A stretch of 64,000 nt of DNA, from positions 22,506,001-22,570,000 of the forward strand of contig NC_088857.1 of assembly GCF_963853765.1 (NCBI RefSeq). Reading direction: 5' to 3'. Position 1 is the stretch's first letter; each line of letters starts with the position of its first letter. The stretch comes from Magallana gigas (lineage: Eukaryota). The notes beneath the pieces were generated by a model that was not told the origin of the DNA, made no database searches, and was given only the letters and a program-made list of their open reading frames with translations. Shown in pieces: positions 13,485-35,600 of this stretch. The position numbers and the translations under genes were made by a program.

Positions 13485-14490
13485 ACTACAGATGATATGA
13501 TGACTTTTCTAATTCTTATAATGTCAGGCCTACAATCAGAAAAAAAGCATGGAATGTAAAAAAAAAAAAAAAAAAAAATGGAGATCAAACACCAATAGGA
13601 TCATGAAAAATGGAAGCTCATTCAAATCAGCCAGCTAGAAGTCTTCCCAAGACCGTCCCTTCAATACTGTAGATTGTTGCACATTTAACCATGATGTTGA
13701 TAATAAAATGCTTATCAAGTGCGTAGCAAGAACAATTAAGGAAAAGATATGACGAGATAATTACATGTACAGTGAAATTGCCAACCTGAGGTAGTTATCT
13801 ACAGTTCTAAGAATGAAAATTTCTGAGAAAATTCATCAAATATATGTCAATATTTGAATACAGAAATCAACTAAACAAACGTGCCTAACAATTTCATTTC
13901 ACGAATGTAAAGAGAGGTTCTTAGTAAAAAGACTGATACATAAACAAGAAAGGACGCTGACCTAAAGATAGTACATATACATGTATTTCCCTTTTGATTT
14001 TGTACTGGTGGTGGCAAGAGAGATATATCACACAGGGCATATTTGTAGTCAAATTTGTCTAGGGGAAAGGTAGGGAGATGTCACATGATAACACAATTCT
14101 TTGTAATTAATAACAATATCACGTTTATTCTACCTCATTCTGTTCAACACAGCGAATACAGAATAGAGGGAGTGGGGGGAAAAAAATCTACAGCAGATTC
14201 TGATTATAAAATTATTGAGGATACATGAAAAAACAACCTACATTCTTATATACTGTTCATAAAGACAACCAGACACAAACAAGTACTACCTGGCAATAAC
14301 CATTATGTAACAGTAATGAAATAACAAGTGTAATATCATTTATATCATGATGTAACAAGCTGCAGCCACCTCGCCATCGCAATCCCATTCCAATGCTTTG
14401 TATAACAAAGTTTGATCATGGTTATTAGAGTGTTTGACCATCATGTAGGACGTATTCCTCTGATGCAAACGCTGGAAGGATTTTGGAGAT

Positions 14491-22136
<7,646 letters not shown>

Positions 22137-25100
22137 CTCCACAACACTGTGGGTACCAGCTCATCAACAGAAAGAAGCGAAACACAGCTGCAAAAAAAAG
22201 TAACCAGAATTCATACATACACTGGTTTTATCTGAAGACTCCTGAACCCACATCCTGCTACACTCTGTTGGTGATTCAAGTACATTTTAAAGTTTCTTTT
22301 AACACATGCAAATCAGAAACACTGGACGATAAAAAATTGATGCATTTTTACTTGATATCAATTTTTTAGTGCTGTAATACATGTGCACCGAAATTCAAAT
22401 GCTTTAGGAACAAATTAATGAGTAAATCCTTTGAAACCATCATCAAGAAAATGGTATACAACTGTTACATACTTGATACACATAGGAATTACTTCCTTGT
22501 AACAGGAAAAACAAATTCTACAATGCTTGATTACTTTTTTTGAGATCATCCCTGTTTTAGTGTACAGAAAAATCCCCACATTATACACTATAGACTGTGT
22601 GTGTCTGTACAGAGCTGCTTTGTCATTCAGATAATCACAAGCCATGTACCATGATGGCTGTCAAGGAAGACATGTAAAGTGATAACATAAATAGAATCAA
22701 AGGCTTCAGGACTGTAGCAGACACAGGCTCATCCTGAACAAACAGTTGACAAGTGTGTCAAACAACCCCTGCTTTGTACACAGTCTCAGCTATGTGTATG
22801 TGTGAACAGTTCTAGAAACTCCTTTACCGGCCTTTTTTTTCTATAATTTGCAAACATTTTTTTTTGTATCAAGATGGGAAAAAAAAGCCCTGGAAGAAAC
22901 GATCAATACACATTGAGCATGATGAATTGGTATCATTTCATCTCAAACCCAAAGAAAAAATGTACAAAATGAAAAAAAAAACCTTCCACTTAAATGCATA
23001 CATCAATACTTGCAAAACCAAAAACAAGAGGAAAAATCTATATGGGCCTTCCCAGACTAAGCCAAGTGTAGAGTTCTAAAACTTCACTGCATATAGTGTA
23101 TCACATTACCATGATTATGAGTACCAATATTGATGTTGTCAGAACCAATTGAATTCAGATCATTGAAAGTATTTTCAACATGTCTGATGATTGCTTTTAT
23201 TTCAACTCAAAAATCAAACATTTTAAACCATAATTAGAGTAAATCAGTTCTTTCTTTCTTTTCTTTTTTTTGGGGGGTGGGGGGGGGGGGATCTGCAAGC
23301 ACATTTAAGCAAACGATCCACATCACTTATAATTGATAAAATAAAAAACAATCAGTATCTTTTCTTTTTAAAATTTTCAATCAATCACAATTTAAAACTT
23401 TAACTGTAAAATATTTACGTTAAATTTTTTGTTGAACAACAAAATATGCAAATGGAAGACAAATGAAAGAATTTTTCAGCAAAATCCATCATTTCATGTT
23501 TGCATAAAGATGGCTTGTGCTACCCTTTGATACTATTTATTGTTATGTTACAGGTAGTTAAAGTAAGAATTTTGTCAATGAGATTTGTTTCCAGCAAAAG
23601 ACACGCACATCTAATATACTGGTACCAAGTGATACAACATCTACTGACAAAGATAAACTACTACTCACAGAAGTTGTTCTGCGGGTTAATGTAGACATTT
23701 AACCCAAGGTAAGTCCTTCTACACAGATAAAAGGTGAAGGTCCCCGCAAGGAAAGATTAATTCATCAAGACAGAATGATTAGAAAAGAGCTTGCCAAAAC
23801 TACATGTATACTTCAAGTTAATTGCTTCACATTGATAGCCTTTGCAGCAAGCCTATCTGTTACTGCATTTTCAGATGATTGCAGCTTCCTAATGATAAAC
23901 AAAATTTTGTTCTTCATTTCATGAGTTAAAATGAATACCTGCAACAAATTGAGGCAAGCATAATCTGATTTTATAGCCAAAAGCAGCATGCTTTCTTTTC
24001 AGAAATGCGGTCATAGGTCTGCCCTTTCAGTCCATAAAGGCATCAGGCTGTGACATTTCTGTCTTCTATGATACAAAAAATGGGGTGGGTCTCGCGTAAA
24101 AAAAAGGAACTGTACCATCCTAATGTAAAATTATCCTTCTTTACAATTAATACACTTGGGTGCAATTTCATGCCTCAAATTCTTCAAATAAGAAGGGCAT
24201 TCCTTCCTTTCTCATCCATGCATGAGCCGTTCACCGTATACGAATAACATTCAGACTAATTCTAATTCCAGTGTCAAGTTACTACCAGGTTTTGATGCAG
24301 TTTTGAAAAGCCCACACAGAGTATTGTAATAAATTCATTCACAGAACGAAAATGGTGCATTCACAAAATTTTACACAAAACAAGAAAGGCCTACCTTGAA
24401 GTGGATTACTGAAGGTTATTGCTAATAGGAGTCTATAGTACTTCCCTATTGATAGAACTGCACCATTCTACCCTCATCCCGTAAATGGACTATAATGTGC
24501 GCGTCATGAAATTCAACAATGAAACCAAGAAAGCATGACCACAAAATTACCATCCACAAAAATTTGGGTCAAACATTTACGGTATGACTGTCTCTCTACA
24601 TTCAACTACATATGAAGCATGAATGGCAATTTACACCAGTATATTATCAATATCAAACTGAAAGTATCAATTTTTACTTCATGTCATTATCAAATGATAA
24701 ACACTGTAATCTTTAACAAGCATACCAGTGATATAACATTGACAAATGCTTGCATATATGACTCAACCTTCCTAGAAAATATAAAAAGATCCATGTAATT
24801 TCATTTTTTGCTTTTTAATGATCATAATATAAACTGATTGATTATTTGTGCCCACAACAGAACGGAACTCCAACAGTAACTTAATAGCAATGCTACAGCT
24901 GTGAAGATGAAATTATTTGGTCCAACTTCAGTGTCCTATAGTCTCTCTGCATGAAACTAGGTGTGTCACCTAACTGTTAAGCACACCTACCCAAGAATGT
25001 CAGGTTCAATCAGCTGTGTAAGACAACATGAAGGATAACTGCCCTGTTTGTATGCCCCTTACTCTTCTGACATCCCAACACATATGATCCTACCTATTAA

Positions 25101-26420
25101 TAGGACATGGGGTATTTAATGGCATGCCTGTGTTAATTTGGAGCAAGGTGCGTAAAGTTGTGTCGACCAAATTCTACCCTTGTATATTTAAACGACACTG
25201 GTGATGGTCAAGTACAGGTACAAGATTTTAAATGCCCCCGGCAGTCCCACTCTCCCTTCAATGAGCATTCAACTTATTATAAAACACCGGAAATCAACCA
25301 CACCTGAGCAAGGTAACTAACAAAACTGGTTCTCATTATTCAAAGTCACAACATTTTTAAAACACAAAAAAAACACACACAGTTAACTCAAAACTTAAAA
25401 TATGCTATGTTCATTGGGAAATAAATCTCCTAATATGATCAATATTTGCAAAAAATCTAGTACCAGAACATAGAATCTGTGATATTTAATGCATACAAGA
25501 TGACTTCCTAGTTATCAATCACGATAACAAGATTTCTAACATTTTTATAACATGGACAATGAGGAAATGGTCATGATGTCTAAAATGATTATAACTTGAT
25601 TTTATACCTCAAATCAGACAAATAATAGGAATTTTACTCCTTCTGTTCAAGGTGAATACAGTGAACTGTCAATGCTCAGAACATGTAGCGTTTATCAACT
25701 CAAAAGAAGACTGTGTAAGAGGTGAAAAGGTGACAGCATGTTTTGGCATTCCATGACATAAAAAAAAATTTGACAATTTATAACAAATATAGCAAATATG
25801 TATGTCTTATCAATCAACTTTTTAACAATAGAAAACTGTCATGAAACTGGATTCTACTGAAATACACTCACACCTCCGCCATATGGCAAAGCCGCAATGA
25901 ATCATGAAACACATAAAAAAGAGACAGCATTTACATACACAATTTCAAACAAATGTTATTAAAAACCTCTTTCTTATCTGTTTGCTTTTTGTTATTATGC
26001 AGTTTGCTGTACAGCTTAAAGATAGTGCAACTTCAAAGGAGTTGGTCATTGGGACATCAATCCAAAAACATTATTTCCCAATAAATGAATAAAAAATTGT
26101 GTACAAATGCGGCATACATGTTTTATATCTTATATACTTCAAGCAGAATTGCGATTGAATACACCTTACGAAGCAGCCCGTAATAAGGTGAGAAATATCT
26201 GGCCCGGGGGTCACATCCAATCCACACACACACCTGTTACGACTACGGAAGTAAACGCAAATTTCACCAAGATTTAACATTTAGATAAACCAATTTTCTG
26301 TTACTTAGGTATGCAAAACAAATAACGGGATAATAGTGAATTGGCAATGTTTACGGAAATAGAAATGTTCAGCTACAACCCAATGGCATGTAAGGAATGA
26401 TGATAAGGGTCCGCTGTCAC

Positions 26421-26710
26421 CTTTCAGATGATGGCGGTTGACAGAGAGCAGGGCACAGTTTGTTGTTTGTGTCGTGAACGCATAAAGCTATTTAAAGTTC
26501 CTTCTCTGAATTTTTGTCAGATGTTATTATCAAATAGTCAAAATACTCACCAATTTCTCTGTTGACACTCGTTGCAATTTTTTAACAGAGTCCAATATGG
26601 CTGCTAGAACGAAGGTGTGGTTTAATCTAACAAGAAACGTAACGGCTAATGTGATTGGTCAGATAATTTCATTTCATTTTCGTCTGCTTTGGATCAAGGT
26701 AGGCGGATCT
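26421..26710 (-). promoter_or_regulatory. Candidate PACSIN first (non-coding) exon and promoter
   Basis: CpG-richer patch, donor AAG|GTGACA at 26420, YY1-like CCGCCATC, and CCAAT (ATTGG at ~26654). A UTR-bearing acceptor precedes the ATG exon at 22187. Confidence 0.4.
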
Positions 26711-27040
26711 TTCTTTTCTTACTTAGACGATCATTAAATAAAAGCAGAAAAGAATTGAAAATTTAAAATATAAATGTTTCATGGTTGATTAGCTCAATGT
26801 GCATCTCATCCCAGCGATGTACTTTATTTTTGTAACCAGTGGCGGATTTAGGGCGCCCCCTAAAATTGTCAAAAAAATCCTTTTGGCAAAGAATATGAAC
26901 AACTTATAATTCCTATAGTAGAGGATAACATACATGCTAGTTCCATGATTTACCTTATATTGGTCAGATAGCATTAAAAATACCATAATAGTCTGTCCCA
27001 AGATATTTTTGCCGCATATTCTGGGGTTTTTTTATACTTA

Positions 27041-28380
27041 CCAATTATCGGCTAAGACCAGTTATTAACCGAGAGTTCGGGTTTATAGCATGCGACAATC
27101 CAAACTTTTTTAATTCAGTCGTCTGTTCCGAATAAAGAAAGGTAAGTTTGCTTGAAAACTTTCTTGAATATGTCTTATACATGAGCTTAAACGATCATTG
27201 TTTACCGCTGATTTTAGTTACAGCAGTGGGGAAGTGACGTAACAAGTTAAAAATACAATATTACCTCTTTGAGATACGTTATCATATCCCTTCTTTTATT
27301 TGACATATCAATACATATAACATGTATAAACAAAAGGAATTCAGTAATTTCCAAGAGATTCGTAGCGAAGTTGAACGCCTGATTGCACAATATTGTGTAT
27401 TGAAAAGCCAACGATTTTGTGTATTACAGTATGATTACAAAAGAATAATTCTATGAGTTTTGTTTATGTATTATAACCCCAACTACCTTTAGTCTGCCCC
27501 AAAAAGGGACATAATTGATATTACATTATGCAGAGTATCAAATCAACATGTACAGGGATTTTACTATGTTATTATAGCAAAGCCGATAACTGTTCAGTAA
27601 ATCGTAAAACATGGCAAATTCGGGGCGTGCTAAAAAGCACAAAAACAGTATGTTTTGGGTTCTAAATGATGATAGAATCTAACAGATGGATAAACAGGGA
27701 AAGCATTAAGTTTTCGTTCACAATTTTTATAAATATTCCAGTCCGAATTTCCTCTATCACTTTTCAAATCCCAACCCATTTTTGATCCAATTTTACAAAA
27801 AATTGAATGATGATAATACAAAAAGATTTATAGTACTAAACTACTTATATTGATATTATTCTGTTGGCACATGATTTATATGAGGTCAATGATAAAAATT
27901 TTGAGATATGGTGTCTTTTCTCGATTTTAAGCATTTTTCAATATTTGTTAAATTCGTGTCATACGATTATTATAATGAATGGGTGAGGTAAAACTAACAG
28001 AAAATATGCAAAATTATAAAGACCAAAACATAAATTCTTAACTTTTAATATTAGAGTACTGCCAAAAATGTTTTAGCGGAAAACAAAATCTGCAAAATTT
28101 AGTCCGAATTTCCTCTGTTTGGCAAAAAGTCTATTTTTGTTTGGGCATAATTTAATAATATAGTAGAAATATCGAATATTATGTCAATAATAATTCATTT
28201 CACAATTACTTTTTGTATTTAGAACAAATTTTAATCATGACATTGAACTTTATAACAATCCGAATTTGAGAACTCAAACCCTGAGTAAACAACACCCTTA
28301 AGGTGTGTCAAGTTTTATCCAAAAATATCATGAAATAAGGAAGTACGGAAAGAAAACGTTAAATTTTAGCCGATAACTGG
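27041..28380. mobile_element. Non-autonomous TIR element with CC termini and TA TSD (CMC/EnSpm-like)
   Basis: 15-bp TIRs CCA(A/G)TTATCGGCTAA. TA at 27039-27040 and 28381-28382. Internal repeats GTCCGAATTTCCTCT (twice) and AGCCGATAACTG. Confidence 0.7.
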
Positions 28381-28529
28381 TACTGGCAGTGCCAGTTTCC
28401 TTAAATTATTCGATATTTTTAAAAAATCTCTTGATTCAGACGATGTTCATTCAATAGTATGAAAAAATTCCAAGATTTCCCTTTTGAATTGCCCCTTCTA
28501 GCTTGTCAGGTTTCAATACACGCCTAAAA

Positions 28530-28870
28530 ATAGAAAGTCTACGGGGATTTTGCATTGCATCAGCCATAATCAAGCCCGGATGATAACGTTGAAAAAGTGT
28601 GCGAGGTATTCCAAGTGACTTCAGAATAGAGAAAAGATGTCAACATTCCCCATTATGAACTTGATCTCCGTAGGAAACCTGTTTTCGTTCAGGTGCTGTG
28701 AATTTTTACGAGGGAAAAATGATAATGTATGATTGAAGTTATCTTGGAAATTTTCCCTTTCTTCGATTTCAATTGCACTTCTTTCACAGTTATGTGTATT
28801 TTTATTAAAAATCGCCCAAATGTGCAGCAAAAATATCTTGGGACAGACTATAAAAACCTTACTGGCAGTG
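28530..28870 (+). repeat. Dispersed repeat; diverged second copy at ~38670-38950
   Basis: Collinear shared blocks GTGCGAGGTATTC(C/G)AAGTGACTTC, TGAAGTTATC, GCACTTCTTTCACAG(T/G)TATGTGTATTTTTAT and AAAAATATCTTGG(G/A)ACAGACTATA. Confidence 0.7.
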
Positions 28871-29859
28871 CAGCGGCAAATAGGACTCTCATATGGTAGG
28901 TATGTGATCAACATCCTCAGGATATACTGGAGGATCAGGTCTCTGACTTGAAAGTAAGGCCCAAACAAACCTATGCCCGCCCCCCCCCAAAAAAACCCTC
29001 TTCACCTTCTTAAAGCATGCTATAAGAGGGACTAGTGTGGTGTGTTACCGCTAAATCAGGAGAAGGCTAACATTTTAAACCGTCAACTCAGTCGCATTTT
29101 AGCCCCAAACCTCTCCCAGCTATATGACATGAAGGTGAGTGACCGTAACAGTATCCCTCCTTCAGCTAGGCATGCAAGTACCTCGATCAAATAGTACTGA
29201 TGAATTCCCCCCCCCCCCCCCCCCCCATCAATTAAATGCCTGTAATACAGAAAGGCACAAGAGTGTATAGAGAAATTGTTTTTTAAAAATAATTCGAATC
29301 CTTTTTCAGCTCTTATTTAATACAGGTATTACGGGACGCTCTCTCCCATACAGTACTAATACTGTTCCAATATTAACCCTGGGCTTTTTTCTCTTCTTGT
29401 TGGGCCTCTTGAAACCTCTAACTAGCCAACACGCGTTTTAGATTTCAGACTTTTATATAGACTTTGCATGGCATATACTTCTACGTGAGTTTGGTATGTA
29501 TCAGAAACGAAGGTTTGATTTCAACTGACCATAATTTGCAGTTCAAAACTATATATGATGAACAATAGAACAACACAATGAAGGATTTACATTATGTGTA
29601 GATATGTAAGGAAATCAAACAGCTAATGAGTAAATTTTAGGAGAATGTACATAAAAGGATTATAATAAGATGAACGAAGAAGTGTCAATAAACATAAACT
29701 GAAGTCAAATAGAAGTTTAACTGTCTATATCTGACTGTGCTTCAGGTGGGATTAAGGCTGCACGGAATTTAACAGTTGTCGTAATAGAGGAACAGTTTTT
29801 GTAGCAATAAACACAAAGTCCGAAAAAGTTAATTTACACAATAATTAAAAAAGTCCAAA

Positions 29860-30240
29860 TGATTGAATTTCACACCTTGACACAAGCTTCGCGTCCTCGT
29901 GTTTTGATTTTTTTTTATCGAAAGTAGGCGCGTTGTTGTCTCTGGTGCCTATGTGACTGAAATCGGCGGTCAAGTTGTTTATCAAGAAACACGGACTGCA
30001 GATGTTCTTTTTTATTTTCCAATGCCCGAATGCAGCAGGGCGTTGCTTTGTTCCCTCAACTGTTTGGTTGTCTCGTCAGCCTCCATCTGAATTTTCATTA
30101 CATATTGATAGTGTCCACTTCCGATCTCTTTCAGTTTCCTCTGCATTAATTCCATGATTACTCTGTCACCGTGTACGTCTTCTATTGATTGATGAATTTT
30201 CTTTCTATACACATCAATGTCAGAACGTTTTCACAGGTGC
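29860..30240 (-). pseudogene. Decayed coding remnant of unknown origin, cut by the adjacent HINE
   Basis: 66-codon ORF YRKKIHQSIEDVHGDRVIMELMQRKLKEIGSGHY...GIGK*, with the frame continuing ~30 codons past the stop. Composition is coding-like; no family recognised. Confidence 0.3.
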
Positions 30241-30259
30241 TTGAGGAGAGGACACAGCC

Positions 30260-31524
30260 CCCCCCCCACCCCACCCCCGATATAAACCCCTGGGGTAGAT
30301 GAAATCTGTAAGCATCCTCAGCTAGTGTAGATTCGTAGTTGTGAAAATCGTGACCCCCGGGGGTAAGGTGGGACCACAATGGGGGGGGGGGGGGGTTAAA
30401 AATAGGAATATATAGAGTAAATCTTCAAAAATCTTCTTCTCAGAAACTAATCAGCCAGGAAACCTATGTGGAGGCATCCTCAGATAATGTATATTTGTAG
30501 TTGTGAAAATCATGTCCCCCGGGGGTAGGGTGGGGCCACAATCAGGGGTCAAAATTTTACAAAGAAATACATGTATATATATAGAGTTAATCTTTAAAAA
30601 TCTTCTTATCAGAAACTAATCAGTCAGGAAAGCTGAAACTTATGTGGAAGCATCCTCAGCTATTGCAGATTCAAAGTTGTGAAAATCATGACCCCCGGGG
30701 GTAGGGTGGGGCCACAACGGGGGTCACCTTTTTACAAAGGAAAATATAGAGTAAATCTTTAAAAATCTTCTTCTCTGAAACTAATCAGCAAGGAAAACTG
30801 AAATTTATGTGGAAGTATCATCAGTTAAGGACTGGGTAGATTCAAGTTTGTTCAAATCATGATTCCCGGGGGTAGGATGGGGTCACATCGGGGAGGGGGA
30901 GGAAGACAATTTTTTACATAGGAATACACAGAGAGATTTTTTTTTAAAAATCCTCTAAAACCCATTTGCCTAGAAAAGCTTTAACTTTAGTAAAAGCGAC
31001 CTTAGATTGTGTAGATTCAAATTTGTTAAAATCAAAATCTTGAGGAGTACGCGTACGGTGGGGCCACATTCGGGGTCCAGTTTTACAAAGGAAGACATTT
31101 TAATTCACAAAAACTGAAATGTTATAATATATGGTTTTACTTATATACAAGCATTTTTATAAATTGCTGATTCTTTAAAATTGGTTTAAAAGACTTCGGC
31201 CCCTGGACGATTCTTTGGCCTCACAAGGGGTTCAGAGTTTAATGTAGGTTTATATCCCATGTATAAACAATTGTCGTCTAGGATGTTGTTAAGAACTGCG
31301 ATGCTCAACATGTAATATGACTATAAATTCATCCTGATAGAAAAGGGACTTGATTATAAACATAAGAATATCCAAGGGGAAATGGATTATTATTTATACA
31401 GGATCAACATGTATTTTACATTGCCCAGATATTTTGTGTTAACTTATGACTCCATTAAGCTGATTTTATAAATTATGCCTATTGCTACTTAGGTGAGCGA
31501 TGTGGCCCAAGGGCCTCTTGTTTT
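30260..31524 (-). mobile_element. HINE-like element carrying ~5 Cg170-like satellite units
   Basis: Reverse complement of the AAACAAGAGGCCC..GGGCCACATCGCTCACCT end at 31490-31524. Tandem units start at 30327, 30489, 30665, 30836 and 31011 (162-176 bp). 31100-31500 is the reverse complement of 53220-53560. Confidence 0.8.
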
Positions 31525-32148
31525 CGAATAATCGTTTCCCAAATCTCAAAAATCCCATGGGAAAATGGTGGGTTTTTATGAAATATTATTGTCATATTAT
31601 AGTGGTAAGAACATACTTGGGTTAGGTTATTCCCCCTGGAAAATTCAGACTTAGACTGTTTTACTTTGGATTCAAAGGCAGTTCCCGAAAAAAGCCCTTG
31701 GATCACCTTGTACCAATTTCTTTACATGAATACATTACCTGTCCATGTTCGCACCTACCATTAAAAAATCGCTGTCCAAACACCGTTCTTTCATCCACCA
31801 AGCATTTCCAAGAAAAGTGGAAAATTTTATTTTGACAACTATTGCAATTTACTAGTTTAAATTTAAGTTTGTGCTTATATAGACATGCTATGTAAAACGT
31901 TTTTTTTTTGCCTATTAACTTGACTGTAAAATGAAAAAAGTCATTTATACATCAAAAGAAATATTTTAACGTCAAGTTCTAACGTATATGTCATCTTTTA
32001 TAAAGACAGATAAATGTTGCAATTTGAAAATAACAAAGTCCACCACGTTGGAGTTACAAGGAACAATTTTATAAGTCTTGTGGGGCGTGTATATGTGATA
32101 TCGACCATATCGTAACAAATAGGGGCTCTGCTGGTCGGGTAATCATAG

Positions 32149-32462
32149 GTTGATGTCGATGCTGATCATCATCGCCATCCTCAACGTTGAATCCCGGCAA
32201 TCATGTGAATATGAAGTCGTCAGGATGATATGCAAGAAGAGCAAAGAGAAGCAGCAGCCATGGGTTGAAGTCCACGCTGATCAACATCGCCACCCTCGAC
32301 GTTGGATTCCAGCAATCATCTGAATATGAAGTCGTCAAGATGAAGTCTAAGAAGAGCTAAGAAGAGCTGCGAGCCGCCATGAGTTGACATCGACGACGAT
32401 CAACATCGCCATCCTCAACGTTGGATTCCATCCATTCCACCCCTGGGGACTGGGGTGTTACA
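32149..32462 (+). repeat. Three ~115-119-bp tandem units of decayed coding-type sequence, probably a retroelement remnant
   Basis: Units start at 32149, 32264 and 32383 (third unit partial). They are followed by GGGGACTGGGG-TGTTACA, which resembles an LTR boundary. Confidence 0.65.
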
Positions 32463-33621
32463 GAACAAAGAGACAAAGAGCACACGGGTGTGACCGATCG
32501 GCAGAGGATGCTCACTCCTACATGGCACCTGATCCTACCTCTATTTTTTTAAGAGGTCCGTGTTTGATCTGCTCCTGTTTTGTAATCATATATCAGTATG
32601 TGATGTAGCCTGCAGGAATACCTCAAAACAATATTTACAAAAGAACTACTTTATCCTTATATTGGAGTTGAGCCATTTTCCTTTAGATTTTTGAATTTGA
32701 ACACTGTTCGTTACCACCGCGTGTCATCCATAGTAGTAGTTGTGTGAATTATATTTTTTTCCCTTCAATTTGACTATTCAAGCCAATCTGGCGGGAACTA
32801 GCAAAAGATGAGGATGTTGTCTAATTGAATAGATTGAATGGCCGCTGTACTGTCGGTCAGCGACCCCTTGATTGGTTACCGTCCTGAGGAGTCTCATCAC
32901 CAATGGAGATCTCAATCAGAGACCTTTCAATGACACAAGTTCACTGAATCAATGAAAAATGAATAAACATTGGTCGACTTTGATCAGCCTTCATCAATTA
33001 GAATAACTTCTTTCATGGTGTAGTGATTAATGATCAACATTATCTTCGAACAATTGTATATTGATTATATTTGTATATTTATATTTTAGAACGCCACATA
33101 AACCATATTGAATAAAATTGTTGAAAGAAAATTATATATTTATAGAGTTTAGTAAGGGACTATATTTTGTAGCGGAAGGTTTTCAAGAAGAAAATGAACA
33201 ATTTTCATTACTCAATAGTGTTGGAGTACTGTCTTCATAATTTTCAGCGCAGACTAAACTTTCACATAGTTTGTGTATTGCGATTTATTCATGTTGTTCT
33301 TAAAAACATATCTGAACAATATTTCGATATTTCTATCGATATATTTTGGCATATTTAGCTTATATTTTATAGAAGTCAAGGAAGATTTATCTACAGTTTT
33401 TGCCTAAAATTAGCTTATTTCATGTCATATCTCAATTATTTTTTTTTACATATGACCCCTACTTTTATTATTTTTATATGAGACATTGTCATTAAATGTT
33501 TGTCTATTTGTATGCAAAGGTTTGAAAAGATAGCATCACTATTATTTTTATTTGTATTTGCGTTATAATTTGATTACTCCAAAATTATGTAACAATCTTT
33601 ATATTTGCTGTTGTACTAGTA

Positions 33622-33966
33622 TATAAATAGTGCCTGTTTGGGAGGGTAACTGTTGAAATTGACACCCCGAGAAAACAATTGTCAACCGACGCGAAGCGGA
33701 GGTTGACAATGGTTTTCGACGGGTGTCAATTTCAATTTTTTATTTGATTATACTAAATGTCTTATCTTTAAAGAAAATTTTACTGCTTTTATATAGAAAT
33801 GAAATGAATTCTATGGCGAACCGTACCCGCATAATTTACGCGCATGTAACAATTCGTTGTGTTACCCGTTGCCAAGTGTGTTGCTAACGCTGAGGGTAAT
33901 AGAACGGATTACCAACTGCGTCTAAACCAATCAGATTTCAGTATTTAACATGAAAGTATAATAATA
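33622..33966 (+). mobile_element. Palindromic non-autonomous element, copy 2 (core inverted, outer right arm deleted)
   Basis: Collinear with 8858-9224 and ends with the same AACCAATCAGATTTCAGTATTTAACATGAA(A)GTATAATAA. Confidence 0.7.
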
Positions 33967-35600
33967 TTCATTATGTACTGGTATTTTAGGCCATCAGTAA
34001 AAATTTTGACTCGGATATTACTTTTATATAGTCACTACATGTGTTCAACTTCATACTGTATTGAAATCATATCTCAACAATACTTCAGACTATAAATATT
34101 TGTTTGATTTCTTCAAATAATCAGTTTCTATGCAAAATTTTAGCAATAATTTTAGGAAAATTATCATTTCTGTTTTGGGCCCCATATATAGGCATGTGAC
34201 AAATAAAATGAATAAACATCTTAGGTCCCCATCTTTATATCCAAGATGTTTTCGGATAATTGACATTACTAGTATTTCAGGTGCCAATTTTTACGATTGG
34301 GGATGATTGCTGATACACCTGTATTGGTTAAAAACTCGTCTTGTCTATACTTGCCTTCAGATGGCCAAAACTTCATTTTATCGTTTGTGTGAAATTTTGG
34401 ATAAAATAAAATAGATATTACTGTACGCCCTTAATGCGTTTGGCATCTTGCATGCAATTGCTTTCAAAAGTTTTTCCCTCTAATTGTTAGTTCTTTGTCA
34501 GAATATTCTTTTCTTCGAGTTCCTTCTGGATATGTATATATTCATTATTTATATATAATACATTTACATGCTTTGCATGCCGTGTGTGTGAAACCATCAT
34601 GAAAAGTATTTTTTTTTTAATGAGGTTGCATACATTTAGGTAGCTGTCAGAGGAAAATTAAAATTAATATCAGCATTACTTTTTTTTTTAACATTGTAAA
34701 TCGCAAATTACTAAGTACATAAGTATATTTACTATATTTCTAATAAAGGTTTATGAATAAGAGAAGATAATGCATTTTCAATGTTTCAGGTTTTAAAAAG
34801 TTACTTCTCTTTGTTGAGTTGAAATGAAATTTTTGCGAATAAATGTTTTATATGTGTTGAAAAATTGGAATCGCCAAATCGTGTGTTTTATGTGTATTTT
34901 GCAAGCGAATAAAATAAAAACAATTTCGTAGACACAAACTTAAATAATAGATGGAACATCCATAAAACATGTTATTTAGTTCGCTTCTGTGGCAAAAAAT
35001 ATTGTGCCAATAACTTCGTCGAGAAAAATCTTTTATATTAATGAGTAGATATGATTGAATGATTATTTTTTGTAAGTTTGAACATTTCATTTATCTTACA
35101 ATAATAACTCTATTCAAAGCGCATGTGATCATACGCCGTGATTAGGTTTGGCGTGTTCTCACAGATTTCAAATGCAAACATAAGGGGAAATATATACTGA
35201 ATGTAAATGTTAGCGTTTGACAACCCCATTAAAGGCTCTTTTTAATGTCTGAGAGTTACAATGCGTTTTGGAGCAGTTATAATTATAATAATACGATAGC
35301 TAAAATAAACTGTTTTCTTTTCCAGCCTAAAAAGTAGATAGGTCCAGTTGTAAGGAAAACATTTTATTTAAACTAATTTATTTCTGTTTAGCATTCCATA
35401 ATTAATGTTATAATATCACTTGCATTTTCTTATAGCTTTTATTCCAATCCCTTATGTTTTGTTACCAAGTTCCAGAACTCATTTCTGGAATGTCATATAT
35501 AAGGAAACGTCATTGACTTTTCTACTACCTTTTTAATCAACATATGGTCATTTATAAATACAGAATCAAAAGTAAACCAACACAGTATGAAATGGAATGA

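Noticed and set aside
30100-30140. KLKEIGSGHY as a kinase glycine-rich loop
   Set aside because: Lacks the third Gly, and no VAIK, HRD or DFG motifs follow.
30260-31080. Regularly spaced repeats superficially like a CRISPR array
   Set aside because: Units are ~170-bp diverged satellite monomers with no unique spacers, in a eukaryotic context with no cas genes.
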